DNA from: Terriglobia bacterium
GTDB lineage: Bacteria; Acidobacteriota; Vicinamibacteria; Vicinamibacterales; CAVVIG01
Direction of reading: 5' to 3'
DNA length: 64,000 bases
NCBI GenBank assembly: GCA_020073005.1
Contig: JAIQFX010000007.1
Coordinates: 51,712-115,711 of the forward strand
Below, in pieces: positions 33,550 through 42,731 of the stretch. Within the stretch, counting starts at the first letter, position 1; the number at the start of each line of letters is the position of its first letter. Position numbers and translations under genes: made by a program. A model generated the notes under the pieces. That model was given only the letters and a program-made list of their open reading frames with translations, had not been told where the DNA came from and did no database searches.

Positions 33550-36147
33550 CTACACGTGAAACGCAAGCGCCCCGCGCGCCGGCTTTCCGCCCGCTTCGAA
33601 CGACGCCAGCACGCTGTCCGCCATCACCGGCGTCCGCCGGAAGGCATCGTCGCCCAGCGCGTCGACGAGCGCGTTCACGACCGCGCCGTACGCGGCGCCG
33701 ACCGGCGGCTCGCCGACGCCCCGCACGCCGACCGGCGTCTCCGGATCCGGGAGATTCACCGCCGCCCACTGGAACCGCGGCGCGTCGAGCAGCGACGGCG
33801 GCTTGCTGTGATAGAAGCGCCGGGCGAGCGCCAGTCCGTAGTGCCTGTCGTACACCCACCGGTGGCCGATGGCGTGCGCCATGCCCAGCAGCGAACCGCC
33901 GTAGGTCTGCCCCTGACAATTGCGCGGGTGCAGCACCGTGCCGACATCGACCACTGCCGTGTAGTCGACGACGGCGAACTCGCCGGTCTCGACGTCGACT
34001 TCCACCTCGGCGAAGCCGGCGACGAACGACATCGTGTCGCCGTCGTGCTTGAACGTGTCCTTCGCCACGCCCATCAGGCCGCGGCCCGCGAGCGCGGTCG
34101 CCGACGCCTTCGTCATCGCGTTGATCTCCGAGGGCAGTTCGTGGCCGTCGTACGCGCCGCCGAGATCGATCGCGCGTTTCGCCGCCTGCGCGAACGTGAG
34201 GCCCCGGCCGGGTGCGCCGGTGCGGTAGACACGCTCCCCGCCGACCGTGTAGTCCTCGGCGCGGCCGCCGAGATCCTTGGCGGCGATCTCCTGCAGCTTG
34301 CGCTTCGCGTCCAGACCCGCCGCCCAGTTCGCGCGCGTGTGCGCGTGCGCGGTCTGACTGCCGCCCTGGCTGCAGCTCCACGGCAGGTTCCGCGTCGAGT
34401 CGCCCTGCGTGATCACGACCTTGTCCCACGGCATGTCGAGCGCTTCGGCCGCCGCGCGCGTCGTGTCGAAGACCGAATTGGTGCCGAGATGGCCGCAGCC
34501 GGACTGGATGTAGAGCTTGCCGTCCGGCTCGATCGTCAGCAGGCCGTCGTAGCCGACCGAGCCGGCCGAGTACGTGCCGACCGCCACGCCGACGCCGCGC
34601 ACCTTGCTGCCGTGGCGCGTGCCGCTCGCGGCCTTGCGCTCGTGCCAGCCGAACAGGTCGGCGCCTTTGTCGAGGGCTTCCTTGACGAACGCGCTGGTGA
34701 CGTACCGCCGGCTGCCGTCGCGCTGCGGCGGACCGACCGGCGCCTTGCCGGCCGGCGCGTTGATGCGGTGGATCGCCACCTGATCGATGCCGAGCGTGCG
34801 CGCGGCCTTGGAGATGACGAGCTCCATGGCCGGCGCGATCTGCATGCCCGGACCGCGCTGCGAACCGCGCGGTACCGTGTTGGTCAGGACGCCCACGCCG
34901 CGGAACCGCATCGCCTTCGGCTGGTAGAGCACGGACGCGAGCCGGGCGCCCGAGCCGTGATCCCCGCGTCCGTACGGCCCGCCGTCGGACACTACGAAGA
35001 GATCGATGGCCGTGATGCGGCCGTCCTTCGCGAATCCGACTTTCGCGCGGCCGATCATTCCGGGACGCGACCGGCCGATGTTCATCTCGTCGTCCCGCGT
35101 GATCTTCATCATCACGGGCTGCCCCGTCTTCTTCGCGAGCAGCGCCGGAATGGCGACGTGGAGGTACGCGGGATTCTTGCCGCCGAACGCGCCGCCGGTG
35201 TACGGGCTGATGAGCACGACCTGCGACGGGCTGATCCCGCAGTAGCGCGCGATCGCTGGAACGCTCTGCGCGAGGCTCTGCGTCGAGCAGTGCATGTAGA
35301 GTTTGCCGTTCTGCCAGTACGCCATGGCGCTGCGCGGCTCGAGCGGGATGTGGCTCGTCGTCGGGATGACGAACGACTCGTCGACGACGAGCGCGGCGTC
35401 CGTGAAGCCGGCGTCGACGTCGCCGAACGACCACGCGTCGCCGTCGGGCACGGCGCCCGCCGGCAACTGGCCGAGCGCCGCGGCGGCGAAATCCGCGTCG
35501 GTCCATTTCAGCTCGACGATCCGGTTGCCCTGCAGGAGCACGTTGCCTTCGCGGCGCGCGTTCGGGCTGCCCGGCCGCAGGCCCTCGAGCGGATCGACGA
35601 CGAAGGGCAGCGGCTCGAAGTCGATGGCGATGCGCTCGATGGCGGCGACCGCCGTGGGCTCGTCGACGGCGGCGATGGCGAGAATGGGCTCGCCCTCGTA
35701 GAGCGGCTCCATCGTGAGGGCGGCTTCGGCCTTCACCAATGTTCCCGCTGGAGCGGCCGCCGCCGGCGTCGGCGCGGCGCCGCCGATCGGCTGTCCGTGC
35801 TCATCGACCGCGATCGCGCGTTGTCCCCGGCGGCCGCCTTCGCCGGCCGCGCCGGACCGCGCCGCCGGCGCAGGCGAAGTCCCCGGAGCCGGAGGGGGGC
35901 TCGGGGCCGCTGCCACCGGCGGCACGGGAAGATCGTCGGCTGTCAGAATGGCGCGCACGCCGGGCATGGCGAGCGCCGCGCTCGCGTCGATGCGCCGCAC
36001 GCGCGCATGAGGCATGGGGCTGCCGAGCAGCCGGCACACGAGCATGCCGTCGGCCCGGACGTCCTCGGCGTACTTCGCCTGCCCCGTCACTTTTGCCACG
36101 AGATCGGGCGTGATGTAGTTGTGGCCAATCAGTTTGTAGTCGGACAC
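33550..36147 (-). CDS. XDH/aldehyde oxidase family molybdopterin-binding large subunit
   Basis: 865 aa. a/b-hammerhead N-terminus (VTGQAKYAEDV...GVRAILTADDL) and Mo-binding domains. Pro/Ala-rich ~60-aa insert at about aa 73-140. Confidence 0.88.
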   Translation of the reverse strand: MSDYKLIGHNYITPDLVAKVTGQAKYAEDVRADGMLVCRLLGSPMPHARVRRIDASAALAMPGVRAILTADDLPVPPVAAAPSPPPAPGTSPAPAARSGAAGEGGRRGQRAIAVDEHGQPIGGAAPTPAAAAPAGTLVKAEAALTMEPLYEGEPILAIAAVDEPTAVAAIERIAIDFEPLPFVVDPLEGLRPGSPNARREGNVLLQGNRIVELKWTDADFAAAALGQLPAGAVPDGDAWSFGDVDAGFTDAALVVDESFVIPTTSHIPLEPRSAMAYWQNGKLYMHCSTQSLAQSVPAIARYCGISPSQVVLISPYTGGAFGGKNPAYLHVAIPALLAKKTGQPVMMKITRDDEMNIGRSRPGMIGRAKVGFAKDGRITAIDLFVVSDGGPYGRGDHGSGARLASVLYQPKAMRFRGVGVLTNTVPRGSQRGPGMQIAPAMELVISKAARTLGIDQVAIHRINAPAGKAPVGPPQRDGSRRYVTSAFVKEALDKGADLFGWHERKAASGTRHGSKVRGVGVAVGTYSAGSVGYDGLLTIEPDGKLYIQSGCGHLGTNSVFDTTRAAAEALDMPWDKVVITQGDSTRNLPWSCSQGGSQTAHAHTRANWAAGLDAKRKLQEIAAKDLGGRAEDYTVGGERVYRTGAPGRGLTFAQAAKRAIDLGGAYDGHELPSEINAMTKASATALAGRGLMGVAKDTFKHDGDTMSFVAGFAEVEVDVETGEFAVVDYTAVVDVGTVLHPRNCQGQTYGGSLLGMAHAIGHRWVYDRHYGLALARRFYHSKPPSLLDAPRFQWAAVNLPDPETPVGVRGVGEPPVGAAYGAVVNALVDALGDDAFRRTPVMADSVLASFEAGGKPARGALAFHV

Positions 36148-36148
36148 G

Positions 36149-36745
36149 TCAGCTCCTCCGCGCGTGCTCTGCGGCGCTCATCATGGCCGTCAGGATCTTG
36201 TCGTAGTCCTGACAGCGGCACAGGTTGCCCGCGATGCCTTCGGCCAGCTCGTCGCGGGTCGGGCTCGGATTCGTCTTCAGAAAGCCGACCGTCGCCATGA
36301 TGAAACCGGGCGCGCAGAAGCCGCACTGGAAGCCCTGCTGATCGATCGCGGCCTGCTGCACCGGGTGCAGCGCGCCAGTGGGCGACGCGAGTCCCTCGAT
36401 CGTCGCGATCTGCCGGCTGCGCACCGAGTGCGTGAGGACCGAACACGAGTAATGTGGAACGGCGTCGATGAGGACCGTGCAGGATCCGCACTCGGCCCGC
36501 TGGCATCCGACTTTCGTGCCGGTCAGCCCCAGCCGGTTGCGCAGCGTGAGCGCCAGCGTTTCCTCTTTGGGTACGTCCACGTGCCGGAGCTGGCCGTTGA
36601 CGTTCAGGGCGAGCAGCCGCTCGGCCGCGCCGGGCGCCGGCGCCTGTCCGAGCGCCGCGCCGCTGTTGCGGAACAGGTAGCTGGCGGCGGAAACCGTGGC
36701 GCCGCCTGCGATGGCGCCCTTGATGAAACTGCGCCTCGAAACCAT
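36149..36745 (-). CDS. XDH-family [2Fe-2S] small subunit with Tat signal
   Basis: 198 aa from ATG 36745. Tat motif SRRSFIKGAIAGG; plant-type and second 2Fe-2S motifs (CQRAECGSCTV, QCGFCAPG, CRCQDY). Confidence 0.88.
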   Translation of the reverse strand: MVSRRSFIKGAIAGGATVSAASYLFRNSGAALGQAPAPGAAERLLALNVNGQLRHVDVPKEETLALTLRNRLGLTGTKVGCQRAECGSCTVLIDAVPHYSCSVLTHSVRSRQIATIEGLASPTGALHPVQQAAIDQQGFQCGFCAPGFIMATVGFLKTNPSPTRDELAEGIAGNLCRCQDYDKILTAMMSAAEHARRS

Positions 36746-37005
36746 TGGACGACCCCTCTCGTTCGGCAACGGCTGCCGGGCAACCGGCGAAATGACGCGG
36801 TGACTGGAGCGGTTGCGGAACTCGTGCAACTGCCGCACCAGCAGCGCACGCCGGAAAACACATCACGATTTTCCAACGTCGCTCGCGCGATCCACGCTCG
36901 TGCCGAGATCGCGGCACAGTCGTTGCGAGTCGCATTGGTGCGAGACCGGCAGGCACGCAGAGCAACACACTCTGCAACCTCCGCGTGCCCCGCAGTTGAC
37001 TGGCT

Positions 37006-38754
37006 ATGCGGAATCCCTTCGCCCGCGACCTCGTGCTTCTCCATCCGCCGGCCATCTATGACTTCCGGACGCGCGAGACGTTTCTCGGCCCCGTCGCCGA
37101 CGCGGTGCCGTCGACGACGATGTTCGAGATGTACCCGGTGGGGATGACGAGCATCGCCGCCTTCCTCGAGCGGAATCACTACAACGTCGAGATCGTGAAC
37201 CTCGCGTACCGCATGCTGCGCGATCCGGGCTTCGACGTCGACGCGCACATCCGCCGCCTGTCGGCGCCCGTCTTCGGGATCGATCTGCACTGGCTGCCGC
37301 ACGTGCAGGGCGCGCTGGGCGTCGCCGAGCTCGTCAAGCAGATCCATCCCGGCAGCCGCATCCTGCTCGGCGGATTGTCCGCCAGTTACTACGACCGCGA
37401 GCTGATGCGCTATCCGTTCGTCGACTTCGTGCTGCGCGGCGACTCGACCGAGGAGCCGGCGCGGCAGCTGCTGCAGGCGCTGCGCGAATCGCGTCCGCTC
37501 GAGAACGTGGCGAACCTGACGTGGCGGCGTCCCGGCGGCGAAGTCGTCACGAATCCGCTGACGTTCGTGCCCGCCGATCTGGACTACACGGACGTGCCCG
37601 CGTACGGCTACCTGCTGCGATCGATGTTCAAGTACCGCAGCCTGCGCAATCTCGTGCCGTGCATCGAATGGCTGCAGTATCCGATCACGCTGCTGCTGAG
37701 CGCGCGCGGCTGCACGGAGGACTGCGCCGTGTGCGGCGGCTCGCGATCGGCGTACCGCCGCATCTGCCGGCGCGAGCGGCCGGCGTTCCGGTCGCCCGAG
37801 CGGCTCGCGCAGGACGTCAAGACGATCGCCAGCTTCTCGCGCGCGCCGATCTTCATGGTGCACGACCCGCGCATGGGCGGCATGGGGCGCGCGCGCCGCT
37901 TCCTCGCCCGAATCGCGGCGATGCGGCCGCGCAACGAGATGATCTTCGAGCTGTACTATCCGGCCAACGACGCGTTCTTCGAGTTGCTCGAGCGCAGCGT
38001 GCCGGCGTGGAGTCTCGAGATCACGCTCGAGTCGCCAGACGAGCGCTTGCGGCGCGTCAACGGCAAGTTCCCCTGGCCGAACGCCGTCGTCGAAGCGACG
38101 ATCGCCCGCGCGCTCGCGCACGGCTGCCGGACGGTCGACGTCTTCTTCATGGTGGGCCTGCCCCACCAGCGCGCCGAGGACGCGCTCGCGACTCCGGCCT
38201 ACTGCGAGCACCTCATCGAGCGCTTCGGCCGCCGGCTGCGTCCCTTCGTCGCGCCGCTCGGGCCGTTTCTCGATCCCGGCAGCCGCGCGTTCGAGCAGCC
38301 GGAGTTCGGCTACCGCCACCTGTGCCCGACGCTCGAGGATCACCGGCGCGCGCTGCTCAACAGCGGCTGGCAGCACATCCTGTCGTACGAGACCGACGCG
38401 ATGACGCGCGACGAGATCGTCAGGACGACCTACGACGTCGCCGAACGGCTCAACGAGATCAAGTACCGGCATCACGTAATCGACGACGCGACGTTCAGCG
38501 GCGTCGAGATGCGGCTGCGCGCCGCGCGCGCGCTCCTGGCCAGCGGCGCCGGCGCCGATGCGCTCAGTCACGCCGCGTTCGCGCTCGCGAACCACGGCAC
38601 GATGTTCGGCGACGACGAGCTGAAGTGGCCGGTCCGCCACGGCTTCCGCGTGGGCACGACGCTGCTGAAGAGCCTCGCGGCGGGTCTGCTGAATGAAGTG
38701 GGAAACACCGCGGCGCGCCTGGCGGGACGATACGACATCGCGCCGGCACCATAG
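37006..38754 (+). CDS. B12-binding-domain radical SAM protein
   Basis: 582 aa. N-terminal Rossmann-like cobalamin-binding-type region (VFGIDLHWLPH..ILLGGLSASYY), then CTEDCAVC (Cx3Cx2C). Confidence 0.75.
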   Translation: MRNPFARDLVLLHPPAIYDFRTRETFLGPVADAVPSTTMFEMYPVGMTSIAAFLERNHYNVEIVNLAYRMLRDPGFDVDAHIRRLSAPVFGIDLHWLPHVQGALGVAELVKQIHPGSRILLGGLSASYYDRELMRYPFVDFVLRGDSTEEPARQLLQALRESRPLENVANLTWRRPGGEVVTNPLTFVPADLDYTDVPAYGYLLRSMFKYRSLRNLVPCIEWLQYPITLLLSARGCTEDCAVCGGSRSAYRRICRRERPAFRSPERLAQDVKTIASFSRAPIFMVHDPRMGGMGRARRFLARIAAMRPRNEMIFELYYPANDAFFELLERSVPAWSLEITLESPDERLRRVNGKFPWPNAVVEATIARALAHGCRTVDVFFMVGLPHQRAEDALATPAYCEHLIERFGRRLRPFVAPLGPFLDPGSRAFEQPEFGYRHLCPTLEDHRRALLNSGWQHILSYETDAMTRDEIVRTTYDVAERLNEIKYRHHVIDDATFSGVEMRLRAARALLASGAGADALSHAAFALANHGTMFGDDELKWPVRHGFRVGTTLLKSLAAGLLNEVGNTAARLAGRYDIAPAP

Positions 38755-38876
38755 AGTCCTGGCATCGCTCGAACAAAGCCCGACCTGGACTGACGGGAAT
38801 CCGGCAGCCTCGAACGCAAGGGTTTAGAGAGGGCAATGAACGTGCCGCGGACGCGGTTTTGCAAGGATCGCCGGAC

Positions 38877-39668
38877 ATGCCCCTGCCTCCCCTGGAACAC
38901 ATCACCTATGGACCAGTGCGCAGCCGCCGGCTGGGCGTGTCCCTGGGCGTGAACCTCCTGCCGCCCGGCGGGAAGGTCTGCAACATGAACTGCGCGTACT
39001 GCCAGTACGGGTGGACGCGGGGCGCGGCGCGGTACCGGGGTCAGGGCACGGGATGGCCGACGGCGCAGGCGGTCGAAACCGCCGTCTCCGAGCGGCTGCT
39101 GCGCGCGGCCGAACGCAACGAGATGATCGACAAGCTGACGGTCGCCGGCCACGGCGAGCCGACGCTGCACCCGGAGTTCGACGACGTCACCGCGCGGCTG
39201 TGCGCCGTGCGCGACCGGATCGCCCCGCGCCTGCCGATCGCGATCCTCTCCAATTCGACGACGGCCGGCTGGCCCGAAGTGCGGCGCGGGCTCGAGCGGT
39301 ACGACGAGCGCTACATGAAGCTGGACGCCGGCGACCCGATCACCTACGCGCGCGTCAACGGCGCGGCCGGCCCGGGATCATCGGTCGAGCAGGTCATCGA
39401 CGCGTTGCGGGCGCTGCCGCCGATCACGATCCAGGCGATGTTCGTCACCGACGCCAACGGCGAGATCGACAACTCGACCGAGGGCGCCGTCGAGGACTGG
39501 CTGCGGGCGCTCGAATGCGTGGGGGCCGGGCGCGTCCATATCTATACGCTGGATCGGGCGCCGGCGCTCTCCTCGCTGCGGCCGGTGTCGGCGCGGCGCC
39601 TGCGCGAGATTGCGGGGCACGTGCGCAGGGCCGGCATGATCGCGGAAGTGTTTGCGAAAAAGAAGTGA
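38877..39668 (+). CDS. Radical SAM protein (YGPVxSRRLG-type family)
   Basis: 263 aa from ATG 38877 (AAGGA 10 nt upstream). ITYGPVRSRRLGVSLGVNLLP..KVCNMNCAYCQ (Cx3Cx2C), GHGEPTLHP. Confidence 0.75.
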   Translation: MPLPPLEHITYGPVRSRRLGVSLGVNLLPPGGKVCNMNCAYCQYGWTRGAARYRGQGTGWPTAQAVETAVSERLLRAAERNEMIDKLTVAGHGEPTLHPEFDDVTARLCAVRDRIAPRLPIAILSNSTTAGWPEVRRGLERYDERYMKLDAGDPITYARVNGAAGPGSSVEQVIDALRALPPITIQAMFVTDANGEIDNSTEGAVEDWLRALECVGAGRVHIYTLDRAPALSSLRPVSARRLREIAGHVRRAGMIAEVFAKKK

Positions 39669-39799
39669 GAGGCGGGCGTGGGCCGACATCGCGTCGGCGT
39701 GCGGGACCCGGCCCGACATGACCGCTCGGCCGAAGCCTCGCGCTACATAGGAGGTGACACGTCCAGACGACGGGTCTATCATCTGGGCGAACAGGTTCC

Positions 39800-40694
39800 G
39801 TGCGCGCCACCTCCGCCCGCCGACCGTTAACCGCACTTCTGGTAGCCGTCACGCTGACGACCGCCGGGGCCACGTTCGCCGCGTACGCGCAGGGCCAGGA
39901 TCCGAACTGGCGCCCGCGCATCTGGGTCGGCGGCGGCGGCGGGTACGGCCGCTTCCGGCGCTCGCCGCCCGCCCAAATGGGGCGCGGCGGCCAACTTCGA
40001 CGGCTCGTTCAACTACTGCCGCGCGTATTACACCAGCAACCGGCCCGAGGCCGGCGGCAGCGGCTGGGACACGGACTTCCCCGGCGCCGACAACAACTTC
40101 TCCGTCCGCCTCGCGGAGTTGACGCACGTCCGCATCAAACTGCAGCCGGACGATCAGCCCGACTACGTCGTGCTCCGCATCACCGATCCGCTGATCGCGA
40201 AGTGCTCGGTGCTCCACTTCGAGGACGCGGGCACGGCGATCCTGAGCGACGAGGAAGTGCTCGCGCTGCGCGCGTATCTGCTGAAGGGCGGATTCGTGAC
40301 CGTCGACGACTACTGGGGAACCGCGGCGTGGAACCAGTGGGCCGAAGAGATCGGCCGCGTCCTGCCGCCGTCCGAGTATCCGATCTTCGACATCCCCGTC
40401 GACCATGCGATCATGCACACGCTCTACGACGTGAAGGAAGTCGAGCAGGTGTCGAACATCCGCTTCTGGATACAGACCAACGGCGGCGTGTCCGAGCGCG
40501 GCTCCGACAGCCCGCACGTCAACTTCCGCGGGATCGCCGATCAGAACGGCCGGCTGATGGTCGTCATGACGCACAATACCGACATCCCGGACACGTGGGA
40601 GCGCGAGGGCGAGAGCAAAGAGTACTTCGACAAGTTCTCGCCGAACGGCTACGCGATCGGCGTCAATACCGTGTTGTACGCGCTGACCCACTGA
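39800..40694 (+). pseudogene. DUF4159-family secreted protein, interrupted by a +1 frameshift (or sequencing error)
   Basis: The signal peptide (GTG 39800: MRATSARRPLTALLVAVTLTTAGATFAAYAQG) is in one frame. The conserved body (PKWGAAANFDGSFNYCRAYY..GSGWDTDFPGADNNFSVRLAELT...LKGGFVTVDDYWG) is in the +1 frame, which is open from 39858 but has no start codon before TTG 40119. The likely shift is in the C-run ccgcccgccc near 39966-39975. Confidence 0.6.
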
Positions 40695-40712
40695 CCGCCG
40701 GCGTCCCCCGCC

Positions 40713-40747
40713 TTGAACCCTGAACCCTGAACCCGGTACCCTGAACC
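40713..40747. repeat. Heptamer array (TGAACCC)x3-GGTACCC-TGAACCC
   Basis: Read directly. It ends 5 nt before ATG 40753 and is the reverse complement of the array at 41994-42028. Confidence 0.9.
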
Positions 40748-40752
40748 CGCGC

Positions 40753-41994
40753 ATGACTCCCTCACAGCCCGCTACCGAAGTCGTCGAGGCCGAAGGCCAC
40801 CTGATCGACTCGCAGTTGATGAACGCGATGTTCGACACGGTCGTCCGGCACGACGGCGCGTTCGAGGTCCTCGAATTCCGGATCGGCCGGACCAACGACG
40901 AGCCGTCGTTCGTGTCGATGCGCGTCACGGCGTCCGGCACGCCGGCGCTCGATTCGCTCCTCGCCGAGCTGGTGACGCTGGGCTGCCGCGTCGCGCGCGC
41001 GGAAAACGCGCACGTCGTACCCGCCGATCGCGACGGCTGCGCGCCGGAAGACTTCTATTCCACGACGAATCACCAGACGTCCGTCCGGCTGAACGGCCAG
41101 TGGGTGACGGTCGAGCGGCAGCGGATGGACGCGGTGATCGTCGTCGAGAAGGGCGCGGGCGGCACGGACCGTGCCGTCTGCCGCAAGCTGCGCGAGATTC
41201 GCAAGGGCGACGCCATCGTCTGCGGCGTCCACGGGATCAAGATCGTTCCCGAGTTCCAGGCGCGCGATCGCCTCGGCTTCGCGTTCATGAGCAACGAGGT
41301 CTCGTCGGAGCGCCGCGTCGAAGTCGGCGTCGCGCGGATCGCGGACATGATGCGCGCGGCGAAGAAGGCCGGCGATCGGATCGCGTTCGTCGCCGGGCCA
41401 GTCGTCGTGCACACGGGTGGCGGATCGTACTTCTGCGAGTTGATCCGCAATGGCTACGTGGACGTGCTGCTCGCGGGCAACGCGCTCGCCGTCCATGACG
41501 TCGAGCAGGCGCTCTACGGCACGTCGCTCGGCGTCGATCTCGAGACCGGCCGCGCGATCGAGGGCGGCCACCGCCACCACATGCGCGCCATCAACGCGAT
41601 CTATCGCGCAGGCGGCCTGCGAAAGGCGGTCGAGTCCGGCGTACTGAAGTCAGGCGTGATGTACGAGTGCGTCAAGCGCAACGTGGACTTCGTGCTGGCG
41701 GGAAGTATTCGAGACGATGGCCCGCTGCCGGACACGATCATGAATCTGGTCGAGGCGCAGGATCGCTACACGGCCGCGCTGCAGGGCGTGAAGCTGGTGC
41801 TGGTGCTGTCGACGATGCTGCACGGGATCGGCGTCGGGAACATGCTGCCGGCGTGGGTCCGGCTGGTGTGCGTGGATATCAATCCCGCCGTCGTCACGAA
41901 GCTCGCGGACCGCGGCTCGTCACAGACGATTGGCGTCGTCACCGACGTCGGAGGATTCTTGCACCATCTGGCTGGTGCGTTGAAGGAGAACTAG
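40753..41994 (+). CDS. TIGR00300-type protein with LOR/SDH N-terminal domain (ornithine cyclodeaminase-like candidate)
   Basis: 413 aa. N-terminus VEAEGHLIDSQLMNAMFDTVVRHDGAFEVLEFRIGRT matches my recollection of the LOR/SDH conserved region. The C-terminal part is Rossmann-like (AFVAGPVVVHTGG). Confidence 0.6.
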   Translation: MTPSQPATEVVEAEGHLIDSQLMNAMFDTVVRHDGAFEVLEFRIGRTNDEPSFVSMRVTASGTPALDSLLAELVTLGCRVARAENAHVVPADRDGCAPEDFYSTTNHQTSVRLNGQWVTVERQRMDAVIVVEKGAGGTDRAVCRKLREIRKGDAIVCGVHGIKIVPEFQARDRLGFAFMSNEVSSERRVEVGVARIADMMRAAKKAGDRIAFVAGPVVVHTGGGSYFCELIRNGYVDVLLAGNALAVHDVEQALYGTSLGVDLETGRAIEGGHRHHMRAINAIYRAGGLRKAVESGVLKSGVMYECVKRNVDFVLAGSIRDDGPLPDTIMNLVEAQDRYTAALQGVKLVLVLSTMLHGIGVGNMLPAWVRLVCVDINPAVVTKLADRGSSQTIGVVTDVGGFLHHLAGALKEN

Positions 41995-42028
41995 GGTTCA
42001 GGGTTTAGGGTTTAGGGTTCAGAGGGTC
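41994..42028. repeat. Heptamer array GGGTTCA-(GGGTTTA)x2-GGGTTCA-GAGGGTC
   Basis: Read directly; it starts on the last base of the TAG stop (41992-41994). Confidence 0.9.
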
Positions 42029-42052
42029 CGTGGGGACTATCAACATCAAAGT

Positions 42053-42475
42053 ATGCAGCGAGCAGCTTGGATTTTGGCCCTTTCGTTGGGATGCGCGACT
42101 CCGAACGGCATTCGGCATGCTGAGAAGCCCCTAGCAATGGCTTTGGAGGACACGACTACACTTCGAGTTGGTGACGTAGCGGTGCTGCACATTCCTTCAG
42201 GCAGGCGGTATTTGCGTTCGGCTAATGGTGCTTGGCGTGATGTACTCGCTCTGGTCAAACAATCGGGACGAGACGTGACGTTTCGCGCGGTACGCCCGGG
42301 ATTGGGCGTAATTGTTATCAGCCCCAATGTGCCGGACGGGGAATGCGTCAGCTGTGCAACCCTCCACTATTTCGTTAAGGTTGTTTCGCGGAATGACCCT
42401 ATCCCCTTTTTGAAGCAGCCCACTACCGGTTCAGAATTCGAAGCGACAGCGGTGTCACTCGCAAGCCGCCCCTGA
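42053..42475 (+). CDS. Small lipoprotein, hypothetical, in a low-GC islet
   Basis: 140 aa. MQRAAWILALSLGC is a signal plus lipobox Cys. Local GC is visibly lower (about 50-55% by eye) than the flanks. Confidence 0.6.
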   Translation: MQRAAWILALSLGCATPNGIRHAEKPLAMALEDTTTLRVGDVAVLHIPSGRRYLRSANGAWRDVLALVKQSGRDVTFRAVRPGLGVIVISPNVPDGECVSCATLHYFVKVVSRNDPIPFLKQPTTGSEFEATAVSLASRP

Positions 42476-42523
42476 GCGCGCCGACTGGAACCGTTGCCGG
42501 AAGGCGCGCGCGGACCGCGATCG

Positions 42524-42555
42524 CGATTACTCGATCACCCGATTACTCGATTACC
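42524..42555. repeat. Octamer tandem repeat CGATTACT-CGATCACC-CGATTACT-CGATTACC
   Basis: Read directly; non-coding region downstream of the lipoprotein gene. Confidence 0.85.
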
Positions 42556-42664
42556 CAATTCGGCGTTCTTCAGACTGGCTTCCCGGCGCGCGAATGGTGG
42601 CGCTGCGAGTGATTCCGCTGTCGCGGAGGATCGCTCGGCCAAGAGCCGCGCGCTGCGAATCATA

Positions 42665-42682
42665 GTCCGGCTGAAGCCGGAC
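42665..42682. repeat. REP-like hairpin GTCCGGC-TGAA-GCCGGAC (copy 3)
   Basis: Identical over 23 nt (GTCCGGCTGAAGCCGGACGCCAC) to the copy at 4415-4437. Confidence 0.8.
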
Positions 42683-42704
42683 GCCACTGATCAAGATCGG
42701 AGAT

Positions 42705-42725
42705 CGCGGCCCTGAAAGGGCCGCG
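42705..42725 (-). terminator. GC-rich hairpin CGCGGCCC-TGAAA-GGGCCGCG downstream of the ACIII-like operon
   Basis: Perfect 8-bp stem with a 5-nt loop, ~23 nt past the ActD-like stop. The trailing sequence is only weakly U-rich, so the terminator role is tentative. Confidence 0.35.
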
Positions 42726-42731
42726 CTACGA

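Noticed and set aside
39800-40723. Single 307-aa ORF read straight through in the signal-peptide frame
   Set aside because: After about residue 55 this frame gives an Arg/Pro/Gln-rich string with no family similarity, while the +1 frame gives the conserved DUF4159 sequence. Interpreted as a frameshifted gene instead.
41994-42028. GGGTTTAGGGTTTAGGG resembles the plant-type telomere repeat TTTAGGG
   Set aside because: Only two such units, embedded in a GGGTTCA array whose reverse complement sits upstream of the same gene. The context is a bacterial operon. The resemblance is coincidental within the heptamer family.
42494-42715. 73-aa ORF in the low-GC islet tail (..IVRLKPDAT..)
   Set aside because: It is built from the octamer repeat and the REP-like hairpin. 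The peptide RLKPDAT is the translation of the repeated element (also seen in spurious ORFs at 4415 and 18960). No start context or motif.
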